From a virus (taxonomy: Duplodnaviria > Caudoviricetes), in IMG/VR virus record IMGVR_UViG_3300044998_000776, positions 1 to 55,828 of that record: DNA of 55,828 nt, one strand, 5' to 3'. Made by a program: the position numbers and the translations under genes. Shown here in pieces: positions 28,501 through 37,053 of this stretch. Position 1 is the first letter of the stretch, and every line of letters starts with the position of its first letter. The notes beneath the pieces are model-generated. The model saw nothing but the letters and a program-made list of their open reading frames with translations. It had not been told where the DNA came from and did no database searches.

Positions 28501-29032
28501 GAAAATCAGAGTCAGAAGCTATCAAGATTATGACAAGGTACAGGAAACACCCTGGGCCGAAGTCGCGCCTGTCTATCGGATCAATCCCAGCGAACGACCG
28601 ACCGATAACACGAGATTCTCTATCGAATTCTCGTTGGTCGATGCTCTTAACCGAGATATGATCAACATTTTTGCTACTCTAGATTCTCTCGACAATATCA
28701 TCGGCAATCCTGAGCTTGTTTTCTCTCCTGATTATCCCGGGCTGGAATATTTGCGCGACATCTATTTCAATCGGTTAACAGACAAGCTCAATTTCAAATC
28801 GTTCTTCGAATTTTTCCGATGGTTCGAGCAGTCGATCGGAATGTTCATCGATCAGCTCATTCCAAGAAAGACCAAATACTTCGGAACGAACTTTGTCATC
28901 GAATCCCACATGCTCGAGCGTCCTAAGTTCGAACTGTTGGGCAATGACATTTATCTTGGTGAGAACGATCGCTACAAGTTTAGAGACGTACTGCTGCTAC
29001 AGCAGATTAGTGGGATAATACGTAAGTATTGA
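25562..29032 (+). CDS. large structural protein with LamG/concanavalin-like domains
   Basis: FNHVALTYD, LTIGSG, FSGALDEFRFF, LYFKFNE, IIRSKGT. Confidence 0.7.
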   Translation: MADTPSRFTPSFIQTIIDGARSIRSNLEQTSDSNFESTSSFFYDVPGVGLKSTQQVNLDWSKFENHTFFNSAEVNVNIAFDRIINGFPFDGTRREYEKFFEGLSGFEKWVFDRFPKNVGYLFFSGTATGENGANGTSISVRDYAGGVYPELSKVKSGTPVIDPGDLSWTVELQIYVPPQANGNQVVFQRISGTNVGYTYFLNSTGSSTVTNSTFVVQSGSFFMSASVPLTKGRFNHVALTYDKDSRFHRLRTFLESEGSMDSTTSVVMGPLTTAGTNLTIGSGSTFNVGIASISPDQTFSGALDEFRFFHSTRSESKQAAYAQKSIYASDDLKLYFKFNEPSGALSDDESDAINRIVLDSSGNSLHSHIDNGFSFSLRSTGSIPSPMTLERFDLSPVLFTSFGEVAELNIDLLRSATQYDAENPNLITRLVPKHYLVDGQAFDGFETQQGLIGEEYQSNSIPGSGKLGNVQLMLTFLYIWAKFFDELKIFVDAFSKLHFVDYSSDDTSPDQFIPQMYKSLGFNMPPLFLDASIEQYVNQENVEFNISRGAHPLKSVQNQILRRILVSMGSIIRSKGTQRSIKSFMRAVGIDPDNSFRIREFGGPTARSLTYSREEKIEPGTWLSGTTGASLATAYLSSSRLEPGFPQIAGQFVQNHPTASYHPHGISNNRNDGLLTSGSWTFEANYKYPLSLKLTANTQSLARMEVTGTLSSSGGTTFNLVAISGSGIFEPHSVVLYGRPSAGANAPVLKLEVDVDIFDGDRWYISFGRMRGDESGYYASSSYFLRASKDSLGTWYSEDTAWFREVGNESTNASSSLENLDAAFNASGSFIRIGTGSMPTGAGSSYLYLNNTSAVTESAAHRTVFEGQVAQIRFWSKALSNAEWKEHTKNYKSLGVEDPLTNFNFSNANSGSFGKLRADISMRQPTKTTDPDGRITFFDFSQHNLHAVGSNWGASTNPFIVDIFRFSTLSPYFDEASTNEKIRVRSYQDYDKVQETPWAEVAPVYRINPSERPTDNTRFSIEFSLVDALNRDMINIFATLDSLDNIIGNPELVFSPDYPGLEYLRDIYFNRLTDKLNFKSFFEFFRWFEQSIGMFIDQLIPRKTKYFGTNFVIESHMLERPKFELLGNDIYLGENDRYKFRDVLLLQQISGIIRKY

Positions 29033-29058
29033 AAATACATACCGAATATAATGTTGTC

Positions 29059-29431
29059 ATGCATTACATCTACATCGTACGAAATAGTATAGACGAGAGA
29101 GTCTACATCGGAAAAACAAACAATTTTTCAAAAAGAAGAGATGATCATCGTTATTGCGCTCTGCGCTCGCAAAGGTGATACTCGACCGCTTTACTGTGCA
29201 ATGCGAGAATTGGGATCAGAGTCATTCGCATTTGAAATTCTTGAAGAATGTGAAACAGATTTTCTTACAGTTGAAAGAAAGAAATTTTGGATATCTCATT
29301 TTGATTCATTCAATCGAGGATTCAATCTGACGCCTTCTGGAGGTTATCACGTCGGTAACAAAGGTCGCAAATTTTCAGAAGATCACCGCCGCAAACTAAG
29401 CGAGGCTGCCAGGCGTAGATATAAGAAGTAA
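29059..29431 (+). pseudogene. GIY-YIG endonuclease frameshifted by a 7-bp duplication
   Basis: MHYIYIVRNSIDERVYIGKT joins YCARKGDTRPLY when one TGCGCTC copy (29155-29168) is removed. Confidence 0.85.
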
Positions 29432-30318
29432 TGTCGCTCAATCCCAACTCCGTCAAGCCGTTCAACGATACGAAGCCCAATAAAACTCATTGGACTGACG
29501 TCGAAATTTCGTACGCTGACGGCACGGACACGACATCCTTCGATCGATTTAGGCAAGGCGTCGAATTGACCATGCCTCGTTACTATTATGAGGGCACTGT
29601 CAAGATCCATTCGGGTGAGGACGAACACGAGATCAAGCAATGCACGTTCGGACAGTCTAAGATTAGAGTATCTCCTTACCCGCGTTTCGAAGAAGTCGAT
29701 AACTGGAATCCCGTAACTTATGTCCAGTGGGATCATCGCATTTCGCAAGAGACGCTGCTTCGAACATATGAGAATACGTTTCCTGTCATCGTCGGCGATA
29801 TCGATCGTTACGAGTTTTTGAATGGAGACGGCGCGCTCGAGCCGCTAGCTCTGAGAGAAAAGTCCAACAATTACTCTATCGATATTCCGTTCTTTGCTCA
29901 CGATATCAAGGCTGCCTTTCTCGAAGGCAATGTCAACTATCTGTTGGCTCACGATCAGATCGTCAACAAATATACACCTGCCGACGAACATTCAGCTATC
30001 AACTACTTTGACTCGGTCGACACATCAGAAGGTGGAGGAACCGTTATCGAAGGCTACGTTAGCCCAGAAATTGCTTTTACGGGACCGGTAAGAGACAACA
30101 AACAATCAACGGGAATTAAACTGAGTGTGAATATGAGCAGCCAGATGATAGACGCGCTGAGGCTCATGTCTCCCCCTGAAGACAGCTATGCCTCTTCTGA
30201 TCAGATCGTCATGACTTCCGGATTCATTCATGACTTTAGCAGATTCGGCACCGACTCTATCGCCTTCGGAGGAATGTCTGCTAGTCAGATTCAAATTTCA
30301 GAGGAGATAGAAGTCTGA
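29431..30318 (+). CDS. structural protein, paralog A1
   Basis: Shares PFND, FRQG.EL, VKIHSG, DG.LEP and GTDSIAFGG with the next gene. Confidence 0.7.
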   Translation: MSLNPNSVKPFNDTKPNKTHWTDVEISYADGTDTTSFDRFRQGVELTMPRYYYEGTVKIHSGEDEHEIKQCTFGQSKIRVSPYPRFEEVDNWNPVTYVQWDHRISQETLLRTYENTFPVIVGDIDRYEFLNGDGALEPLALREKSNNYSIDIPFFAHDIKAAFLEGNVNYLLAHDQIVNKYTPADEHSAINYFDSVDTSEGGGTVIEGYVSPEIAFTGPVRDNKQSTGIKLSVNMSSQMIDALRLMSPPEDSYASSDQIVMTSGFIHDFSRFGTDSIAFGGMSASQIQISEEIEV

Positions 30319-31169
30319 TGCCTTCTGCGCCTCCATTCAATGATACGGTAGTTGTCAACGTCAACTATCGCCAGGCACACTCTGTGTCAGGTAGCGATAC
30401 TAATCTGACCGATCAATTTCGACAAGGCATCGAACTCAGAGACAACTTTTATTTCATGGGAGCCGTCAAGATCCATTCTGGATTTCCGCAACACGAACTG
30501 GCCCAAAATAAATTTGGTCAGGCCCGACCGGCCCTTGTCGACGAAAACTGGTATTATGACCTCGATACCTACGGGCCCGACACTTTTCTTCGCTCTAACC
30601 CTTTGACCGATGGAGCCCTCAGATCGTGCGAATCTGTTTTTCCAAAAGCTAATCGAAATTTGCCTCTCGCGTACGAGAGTTCTATGGACGGCGTTTTGGA
30701 ACCCATCGTCATTCGTGCTCGAGTTAGTTTCTACGATTCTGAAGATTATAAAGACTCGCGCAACATCTTCGGACGACTGTCAGACGGCAACGACATTGCA
30801 GATGGTAGAAACGATCAGATCGTCAGCGTTTACGAGCTCAATACACGAGCAAATGAGTCTCCTTTCCTAGACCAGGTGGGATCGATTGGCAACGTCAGTT
30901 TGCCGGGCGAAGTCGATCTGACCCCTAATAAGATCATTCCCTGGTCAGACAACATCGTCTCTTCTGGTAGCTTGGTTTCTGCCAATATGGACGCCGATAT
31001 GCGGTCCAAAGTTCTTTCTTTGGGATCGTACCAGGACAATTACATTCCGACGTCACGAAAGTCGATGCCTTCTGGTTTTTCTTTTGATACGGCAGAAGGC
31101 ACGGACTCGATCGCCTTCGGAGGGTATTATTACATTTCTAGCAGCGTATCTCGACCTCCGAGTGCCTGA
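30318..31169 (+). CDS. structural protein, paralog A2
   Basis: Same motifs as 29431-30318. Confidence 0.7.
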   Translation: MPSAPPFNDTVVVNVNYRQAHSVSGSDTNLTDQFRQGIELRDNFYFMGAVKIHSGFPQHELAQNKFGQARPALVDENWYYDLDTYGPDTFLRSNPLTDGALRSCESVFPKANRNLPLAYESSMDGVLEPIVIRARVSFYDSEDYKDSRNIFGRLSDGNDIADGRNDQIVSVYELNTRANESPFLDQVGSIGNVSLPGEVDLTPNKIIPWSDNIVSSGSLVSANMDADMRSKVLSLGSYQDNYIPTSRKSMPSGFSFDTAEGTDSIAFGGYYYISSSVSRPPSA

Positions 31170-31214
31170 GAGCTTTCACGATGACGTACTTAGTGTAGAT
31201 TATATCCGTCAGAG

Positions 31215-34094
31215 ATGTCTCAAAGGAAGCAGTTACCTAGAATCGAGATACGACGCCAGGACGATCGTCCCGGAGCATATCCGAGCATCCTGAGAACGGG
31301 AGATCCGACGAGGAAAGGCAATCAGTCGATATACTTCGACGATACGTCTACTATCCTCTACGATCCCTCGTATTACGTTCCCTCGGGCTTCAGCGGCTCG
31401 CAGGCTTCCTCCAGCATTTCTTGGCCCTCTACTCTGACTGTCGGTTCGAAGCTGCATGCAGCGACTGACTTTACCAGTTCGATCGTTACATTCGGTAAGA
31501 CTGTCAAAAGCTCTGTCGGCGGGCTCAACGATCTTCCTGTTTTTTCTGAAGCTCCGGGTCCTTTTAAAGAAGATGGTTTGCATGAACAGATCGAAGATTC
31601 ATCTGACTTCTTTTTGACGGGTACCGGAGTCGAACACGTCGGCTTCGGTCTGCAATCCAAGCTCAAGTCGAAAATCGCTATTCGCATCAGGCTCAATAAC
31701 GTCGAACCGCAAACTATTCCAGGAAATCGATCGAGCCTCTATTATTGGAGAAGCAGCCTCGTTGACGGTGACAATGGAACCCTGCAGGCGGTGGCCCCCG
31801 ATGCCGAGGGGCCCGCTACAGACAACGCCAGTCTGACGACGACATACCCGAACATGGACGCAAAAATGTTCGGACCCTTTGGTAATTTTTTGCTGTCAGG
31901 AGCGGCTAATGTTCCGTATTACGGTGTCAAATCCGTTTCGAAGATTAAGACATCCCTTAATGATGCGTTTCAGTGGCAAAACAACACAGCTTCGGTGTTG
32001 ACGGATCCCAGATACGCTCCTATCCCTAACAATCTCATTCGAATGGATCGATATATCAATCATCCATTTGTCATCGAAAAAGCTGTCATTGAATTCCCGC
32101 TTCGGGCAGGAGCCGGGTGGTTTAACGATCGAACTCAGATGATGCCCAATGGGCCCTTTGATAACGTACCTGACGCTGGAGGACCGTGTGTCACATTCGC
32201 TTTGCTAGGTACCAACAACATCGGAAAACGAGATCTGATAATGTCAGCGACTGTCATCCCGGCAGGAGATGACATATCGGGCACGATGACATTTACATCG
32301 GGCGGCAACACGTATCGAGCGATGTACGGATTTCGTAGCTTTGGTCGACCGTCGACGACGATCCAGCCCAACGCGGACGGAAAGTTTACTGGCTCGATCG
32401 TCGTTCCGGGAACTGCTAACGTCAGAAATAGCATAATCAGTTACGGAGCTCCTCCCGCCGCCGGACGACTTTGGACAGCCACGGAATTTAAAGAGAGCTA
32501 TATCGGTTCGATCGATCCCTATGGACGAGGCTCGACAACTGACCCGTGCGGTCGATCGATCTTTGGAAAAGAGTTTACGACCCCGCAGATCTCCAAATTC
32601 AATATTCAATCCAACAATAAGAAATTGTTTGGTAATCCAGGAACAGGGATTGCAGGGGATTATCCCGAAATTTGGTCATTCGATTCCAACGTGCCGAGTC
32701 CGTATATCATCTATCCTAAGGATAGCCTGATGTTGACGCTATCAAAACACCGACCGGTGATATCCGTCAACTCTTTGTATACTTCGCTCGGAGCCCCGAC
32801 AGGCTCCCACGATTTCGTTGTCTTGCCAGGCAAGATCAACATTACTTTGTTTGGGTCTCTTCTCAGAGAGGGTATCGAAAATAACGACGGTCATAATCCA
32901 AATAGCACTACTGCGGCCGTGCACGAAGTTATCGGAGGAGATCCGATTTACGACGAATATGACGTCTTTTATAGAGATGAACTAAGGGACACTTACATAA
33001 CTGATTATGTCTCTGGAAGCATCTTTGCTAACGGTCCTTCCGGAAGGGCTCGTTGGAGATCATCTCTTGATAGTAATGCATCTGCCCGTTTGACGTTTGC
33101 CGATCGAGTTAGCGATCGAAGAAAATTCATCTATCACCTTGTTTCATTTAGAAGATATTCGGAAGCCAGTTCTGTTACTGAAAGATTCTATGACAGCCTT
33201 GTTCCTCCCTTGGATGAAATTCTAAAAAGGGGCCGATATTTCACGAGGCTTTATGCTTGGTTGTTGTTTGGTACAGGACCTAGAAATGTTATCACGGTCA
33301 ACCTAGATTCGAATCAATACTCAAGCATCTATCAAAATCACTCGTCTAACGACTGGAGCCGGTCCTTCCCGTTTGAGCCCCGATACGGCACTGTTCTCAG
33401 AGCAACGACTCAAAAATTCTTCGCTCGTTTCCTTCTCAATTTCTTTTCTTTTTACTCTTACTACGGTCGATATTTCGACATGAATGACAACATGGTCATC
33501 AAGGTCGGAGTTGGCAGCAATGTGCACAACATCGGAATAGACCAAATCGATCCAGGTGCTCAAAGAGTCGGACTTCGAAACGAAGTAGCGCTGAAGTTGC
33601 TTTACGGCATCGGACAGTTCAATAACTGTTATCGAGTAGGATCGAAGACGTTCGGCGCGACCGACCGTCCGTTGATGATCGAAAATGTTTTCACTAACAG
33701 CTATGCCGGAGTCGAGATCAGAGGCTGGAAGTACGGATTAATCAACGGACTTCCCCAATACTCTAAGGCTCTCTATCGTCGAGATCGCTACGGTCAATAC
33801 CGAGACATGCTCGAACAGCGACAGGATACGAAGTTTTTCCAAACCGTCGACGAAGCAGAAAGAACCGGACGCCGCCTGCTAGCTACGAAAAAGAATATGT
33901 CGTATGCCGGAGCGGCCGTCGTCAATGTAAAATTTCTCAATTCATCAGGAAGCCGAGTACGACCCGAAGAAACTTATTCCTCTAATCTCAGTTTTGAAGC
34001 TACATCTTCTTTGCCATTTTTCGATGGGCAAGTTAGAAATAGAGAAGAACCTCTAAGCTTCACGAATATTCAGCAATTCCAGTACATGGGATGA
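31215..34094 (+). CDS. large structural/tail protein, paralog B1
   Basis: YP..RTGD, GGP.VTF.L, DWSRSFPFEP, RGWKYGL, RRDRYG..RDMLEQR, SSNLSFEATSSLP. Confidence 0.7.
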   Translation: MSQRKQLPRIEIRRQDDRPGAYPSILRTGDPTRKGNQSIYFDDTSTILYDPSYYVPSGFSGSQASSSISWPSTLTVGSKLHAATDFTSSIVTFGKTVKSSVGGLNDLPVFSEAPGPFKEDGLHEQIEDSSDFFLTGTGVEHVGFGLQSKLKSKIAIRIRLNNVEPQTIPGNRSSLYYWRSSLVDGDNGTLQAVAPDAEGPATDNASLTTTYPNMDAKMFGPFGNFLLSGAANVPYYGVKSVSKIKTSLNDAFQWQNNTASVLTDPRYAPIPNNLIRMDRYINHPFVIEKAVIEFPLRAGAGWFNDRTQMMPNGPFDNVPDAGGPCVTFALLGTNNIGKRDLIMSATVIPAGDDISGTMTFTSGGNTYRAMYGFRSFGRPSTTIQPNADGKFTGSIVVPGTANVRNSIISYGAPPAAGRLWTATEFKESYIGSIDPYGRGSTTDPCGRSIFGKEFTTPQISKFNIQSNNKKLFGNPGTGIAGDYPEIWSFDSNVPSPYIIYPKDSLMLTLSKHRPVISVNSLYTSLGAPTGSHDFVVLPGKINITLFGSLLREGIENNDGHNPNSTTAAVHEVIGGDPIYDEYDVFYRDELRDTYITDYVSGSIFANGPSGRARWRSSLDSNASARLTFADRVSDRRKFIYHLVSFRRYSEASSVTERFYDSLVPPLDEILKRGRYFTRLYAWLLFGTGPRNVITVNLDSNQYSSIYQNHSSNDWSRSFPFEPRYGTVLRATTQKFFARFLLNFFSFYSYYGRYFDMNDNMVIKVGVGSNVHNIGIDQIDPGAQRVGLRNEVALKLLYGIGQFNNCYRVGSKTFGATDRPLMIENVFTNSYAGVEIRGWKYGLINGLPQYSKALYRRDRYGQYRDMLEQRQDTKFFQTVDEAERTGRRLLATKKNMSYAGAAVVNVKFLNSSGSRVRPEETYSSNLSFEATSSLPFFDGQVRNREEPLSFTNIQQFQYMG

Positions 34095-34097
34095 TAG

Positions 34098-37040
34098 ATG
34101 CCCTCTAAGAAGAAAAGATCTCCACGACTTGAAATTCGGATTCTGGACAACCAGATTGGCCGATATCCGACCGTCGCACGCACGGGAGATTCTAATCGCA
34201 CGGGCGCGGGATCCATTTTCTATGACGATACCGACACGTACGTCTATACTCAGTTGTCCGATTCTTCTTCTGTCGGATCCCAATTTGTTTCCATGCCGAC
34301 GTCGATCCCTTCGGGTTCCAAATATCTTCTTGGAAACCTGACATCTTCGATTTTTGTATCGGGTAATGCTATTCGAGATGTCGAGCAATGGATCAGCCCG
34401 GTCATCGCCCGGCAATTCGAGACGATCAAACCGTATATCGAAAGCAGCCAATACGAGCAAGATCTTAAGACGACAGAATTCTACAAGACGGGATCATCTC
34501 TCGAAGAGTTTGGTCTGGGATTTTTGTCTAAGTTGGACAGCAAAACAAAGATATCGATCGATATTCCTGTCGCAACTCCCGTGCAATTGCAACCAAGATC
34601 TGCTAGCATCTATTATTTGAATAGTGAGCGAGGGCGCTTCGAAGAAATAGCGGCAGGACTTAGACATCGTCCGTGGGCAAATATAAATTTCTGGGAAACC
34701 AGACTATTCAACCATCTCGGATCTAACATCTTGTCGAGCTCTAAAAATGATGTTTTGCAGCTCGGACACATTCTCAACACACCGACAGAAAATCAGACTC
34801 TTCCCCGATCGTATCTGCAAGACAATTTACCCACAGCTTTTTCCAACATGGGAAGGCTGCTGAGTCTCGTCAATACACAGTCGGCTCTCATCGATTCGAA
34901 TTTCGAAGCCACCTCGTCTCAATACATCCAGATGAGTCGTTTCATTTCTCAACCGTTTATGGTCGAGAAAGTCATCATGGAAATCCCAATCAAGGCCGGG
35001 CCTGGATGGCTCAGAGACTATACAAGATTCGTTCGTCTCAGCGCTATCAATGGATATAGAAACGATCCGTTTGATACAGGCGGTCCGGCAGTAACTTTCG
35101 GATTAATCAATCAGATCAATCGAAACAACCGAGACCTGATTCTCTCTGCGACCATTATTCCAGAAAACGATAACTTCATCGGTCAAGACGTCAGCCCGTT
35201 GTACAACGAACGATTCGCTTCAGGTTTCAAATCGTATGGACAACCGGCTCTCGTCATTCCATCTAGTTCGAATCAAACATTCACAGGAACGCTTAAATTT
35301 CAGCTCGAACCCAGAATTTCAAACGGAGTTACTTCTCTAGGATTCTTCTGTGTATCCGGGTCGTATAGCCTTTATGGCTCAAATCGAGGAGACAAGCTTA
35401 GAAATTCTTTTGCCATTTCTGTCAATCCATTTGGACGATCGATGAGAGGCGTCGCCGCCGGACGAAGCGTCTTTGGTAAGGAATTTTCCGTACCTGATGG
35501 TGACGGAGTTTCTGCTCTAGCTCGATTCTTTCCTGAGGGTATCGGATCGTATTGCGATGTATACCTCTACAACTACCAACAGAATGCTATTTCTCCGTAC
35601 ATTCTGTTCCCGTCGGACAAGCTTGTGCTCTCTGTATCGAAATACAGAGCGTGCGTTTCTCAAAGCGCTGTCAACGGAACGGTGCCCTTCAATTTCAACG
35701 GCGGAATGAATCTCAATCAGGCGCACGATATCTGGATGGATTCGGGTACCATCAAAATCACGATGTACGGTAGTATGGTTCGAGAAGGGTCGGAATATCA
35801 CGACAGCCTCAATTCTCGACTAGATACCAATTCTGTTCATGAGTCAATTCACAATGTGATTGTCGATGAATGGGACGTCGGATCTGTGCAAGAATTTACG
35901 GGCTCGATGAGGGCTCAACACATGTCGGGCACGGCCACACCTTTCTTGAATCATCAAGAATATCAGTGGTCTAGACAGCGTCAGATAGATTCGACTGATT
36001 TCGATCCTCGAAATACATTCTCGTCTATTTTTGCATCCGAGCAGCCGGTTCAATACTGGGAGCGAGTCCAATTCTTCAGAAACATTCAAGTAACATCTGA
36101 CAACGAGCAGTATTACGACAGCATGCTTCCTCGATTCGATGAAATCTTTCGAAAGGAAAGATCGGGCGCACCGTACAATGCTATCGTCGGTTCGGGAGAT
36201 ATGTTAATCACTCTGGATTTTATAGACAGCGTGACAAGAGGGTTTTCAGTCGTTGATTGGTCTCGATCTTTTCCGTTCGAGCCCAAATATTCTGATCTAG
36301 TTCGAACTAAAGCAATAGAAAAAGTAGCTTCTAGATATAACACAAGCGGATTCTTTGCTAATCCGGGCACGGCCAGGCTATCTCTTCTGTCCCCGACCGA
36401 TACTAAGATCGCCATCGAAGTCTATAGAGTCCCCTTCGATGGTGAGCCATTCGATTCGGGAGGAAATTACTATCACATTTGGGCGGACTCAATCAACGGA
36501 AACTTCGCAGGTCTCAAATACACCGATCTGATCAAAATTTTGTACGCTTCGGGCGACTACAACAACGTTCGTTCCGGAACGACAGGGGTTCATGGATCGG
36601 ACGAAAGCCCAGGACAATTCTACGGGTCGACGTGCCGACCCTTTTTCCGAACGAAAACATTCGATGTAGGAGCTCCCAACTATGGATACCTAAATCAGGT
36701 ATACAGAGGAGCCCTCATCAGAGGTTGGAAATACGGATTGCTCAATGGATTCGAGACCCAAACTAAAGCCGTCTTTAGAAGAGATCGCTATGGCCATCTC
36801 AGAGATATGCTCGAACAGCGAAACGACTCCAAATTTCACGATGGGCTAAGCGTGCTTCCTTCCCCTGTTAACGTCAAATTTATCGGGCCCAACGGATCGA
36901 CAGTCAAGCCCGAAAACACATTTTCTTCTAATCTAAGTTTCGAAGCTACCTCTTCACTTCCTTACTTTGACGGAACTGTTCGTAATCGGGAGGAGCCTCT
37001 ATATGTTCCGAGTATTTATTCGGCGAAATTTACCCGGTAA
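34098..37040 (+). CDS. large structural/tail protein, paralog B2
   Basis: Same ordered motifs as 31215-34094. Confidence 0.7.
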   Translation: MPSKKKRSPRLEIRILDNQIGRYPTVARTGDSNRTGAGSIFYDDTDTYVYTQLSDSSSVGSQFVSMPTSIPSGSKYLLGNLTSSIFVSGNAIRDVEQWISPVIARQFETIKPYIESSQYEQDLKTTEFYKTGSSLEEFGLGFLSKLDSKTKISIDIPVATPVQLQPRSASIYYLNSERGRFEEIAAGLRHRPWANINFWETRLFNHLGSNILSSSKNDVLQLGHILNTPTENQTLPRSYLQDNLPTAFSNMGRLLSLVNTQSALIDSNFEATSSQYIQMSRFISQPFMVEKVIMEIPIKAGPGWLRDYTRFVRLSAINGYRNDPFDTGGPAVTFGLINQINRNNRDLILSATIIPENDNFIGQDVSPLYNERFASGFKSYGQPALVIPSSSNQTFTGTLKFQLEPRISNGVTSLGFFCVSGSYSLYGSNRGDKLRNSFAISVNPFGRSMRGVAAGRSVFGKEFSVPDGDGVSALARFFPEGIGSYCDVYLYNYQQNAISPYILFPSDKLVLSVSKYRACVSQSAVNGTVPFNFNGGMNLNQAHDIWMDSGTIKITMYGSMVREGSEYHDSLNSRLDTNSVHESIHNVIVDEWDVGSVQEFTGSMRAQHMSGTATPFLNHQEYQWSRQRQIDSTDFDPRNTFSSIFASEQPVQYWERVQFFRNIQVTSDNEQYYDSMLPRFDEIFRKERSGAPYNAIVGSGDMLITLDFIDSVTRGFSVVDWSRSFPFEPKYSDLVRTKAIEKVASRYNTSGFFANPGTARLSLLSPTDTKIAIEVYRVPFDGEPFDSGGNYYHIWADSINGNFAGLKYTDLIKILYASGDYNNVRSGTTGVHGSDESPGQFYGSTCRPFFRTKTFDVGAPNYGYLNQVYRGALIRGWKYGLLNGFETQTKAVFRRDRYGHLRDMLEQRNDSKFHDGLSVLPSPVNVKFIGPNGSTVKPENTFSSNLSFEATSSLPYFDGTVRNREEPLYVPSIYSAKFTR

Positions 37041-37053
37041 CGGGCTAGACTAA

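Noticed and set aside
34092-34100. Readthrough fusion of paralogs B1 and B2
   Set aside because: It is a double stop, TGA then TAG, and a CUA tRNA cannot read the first.
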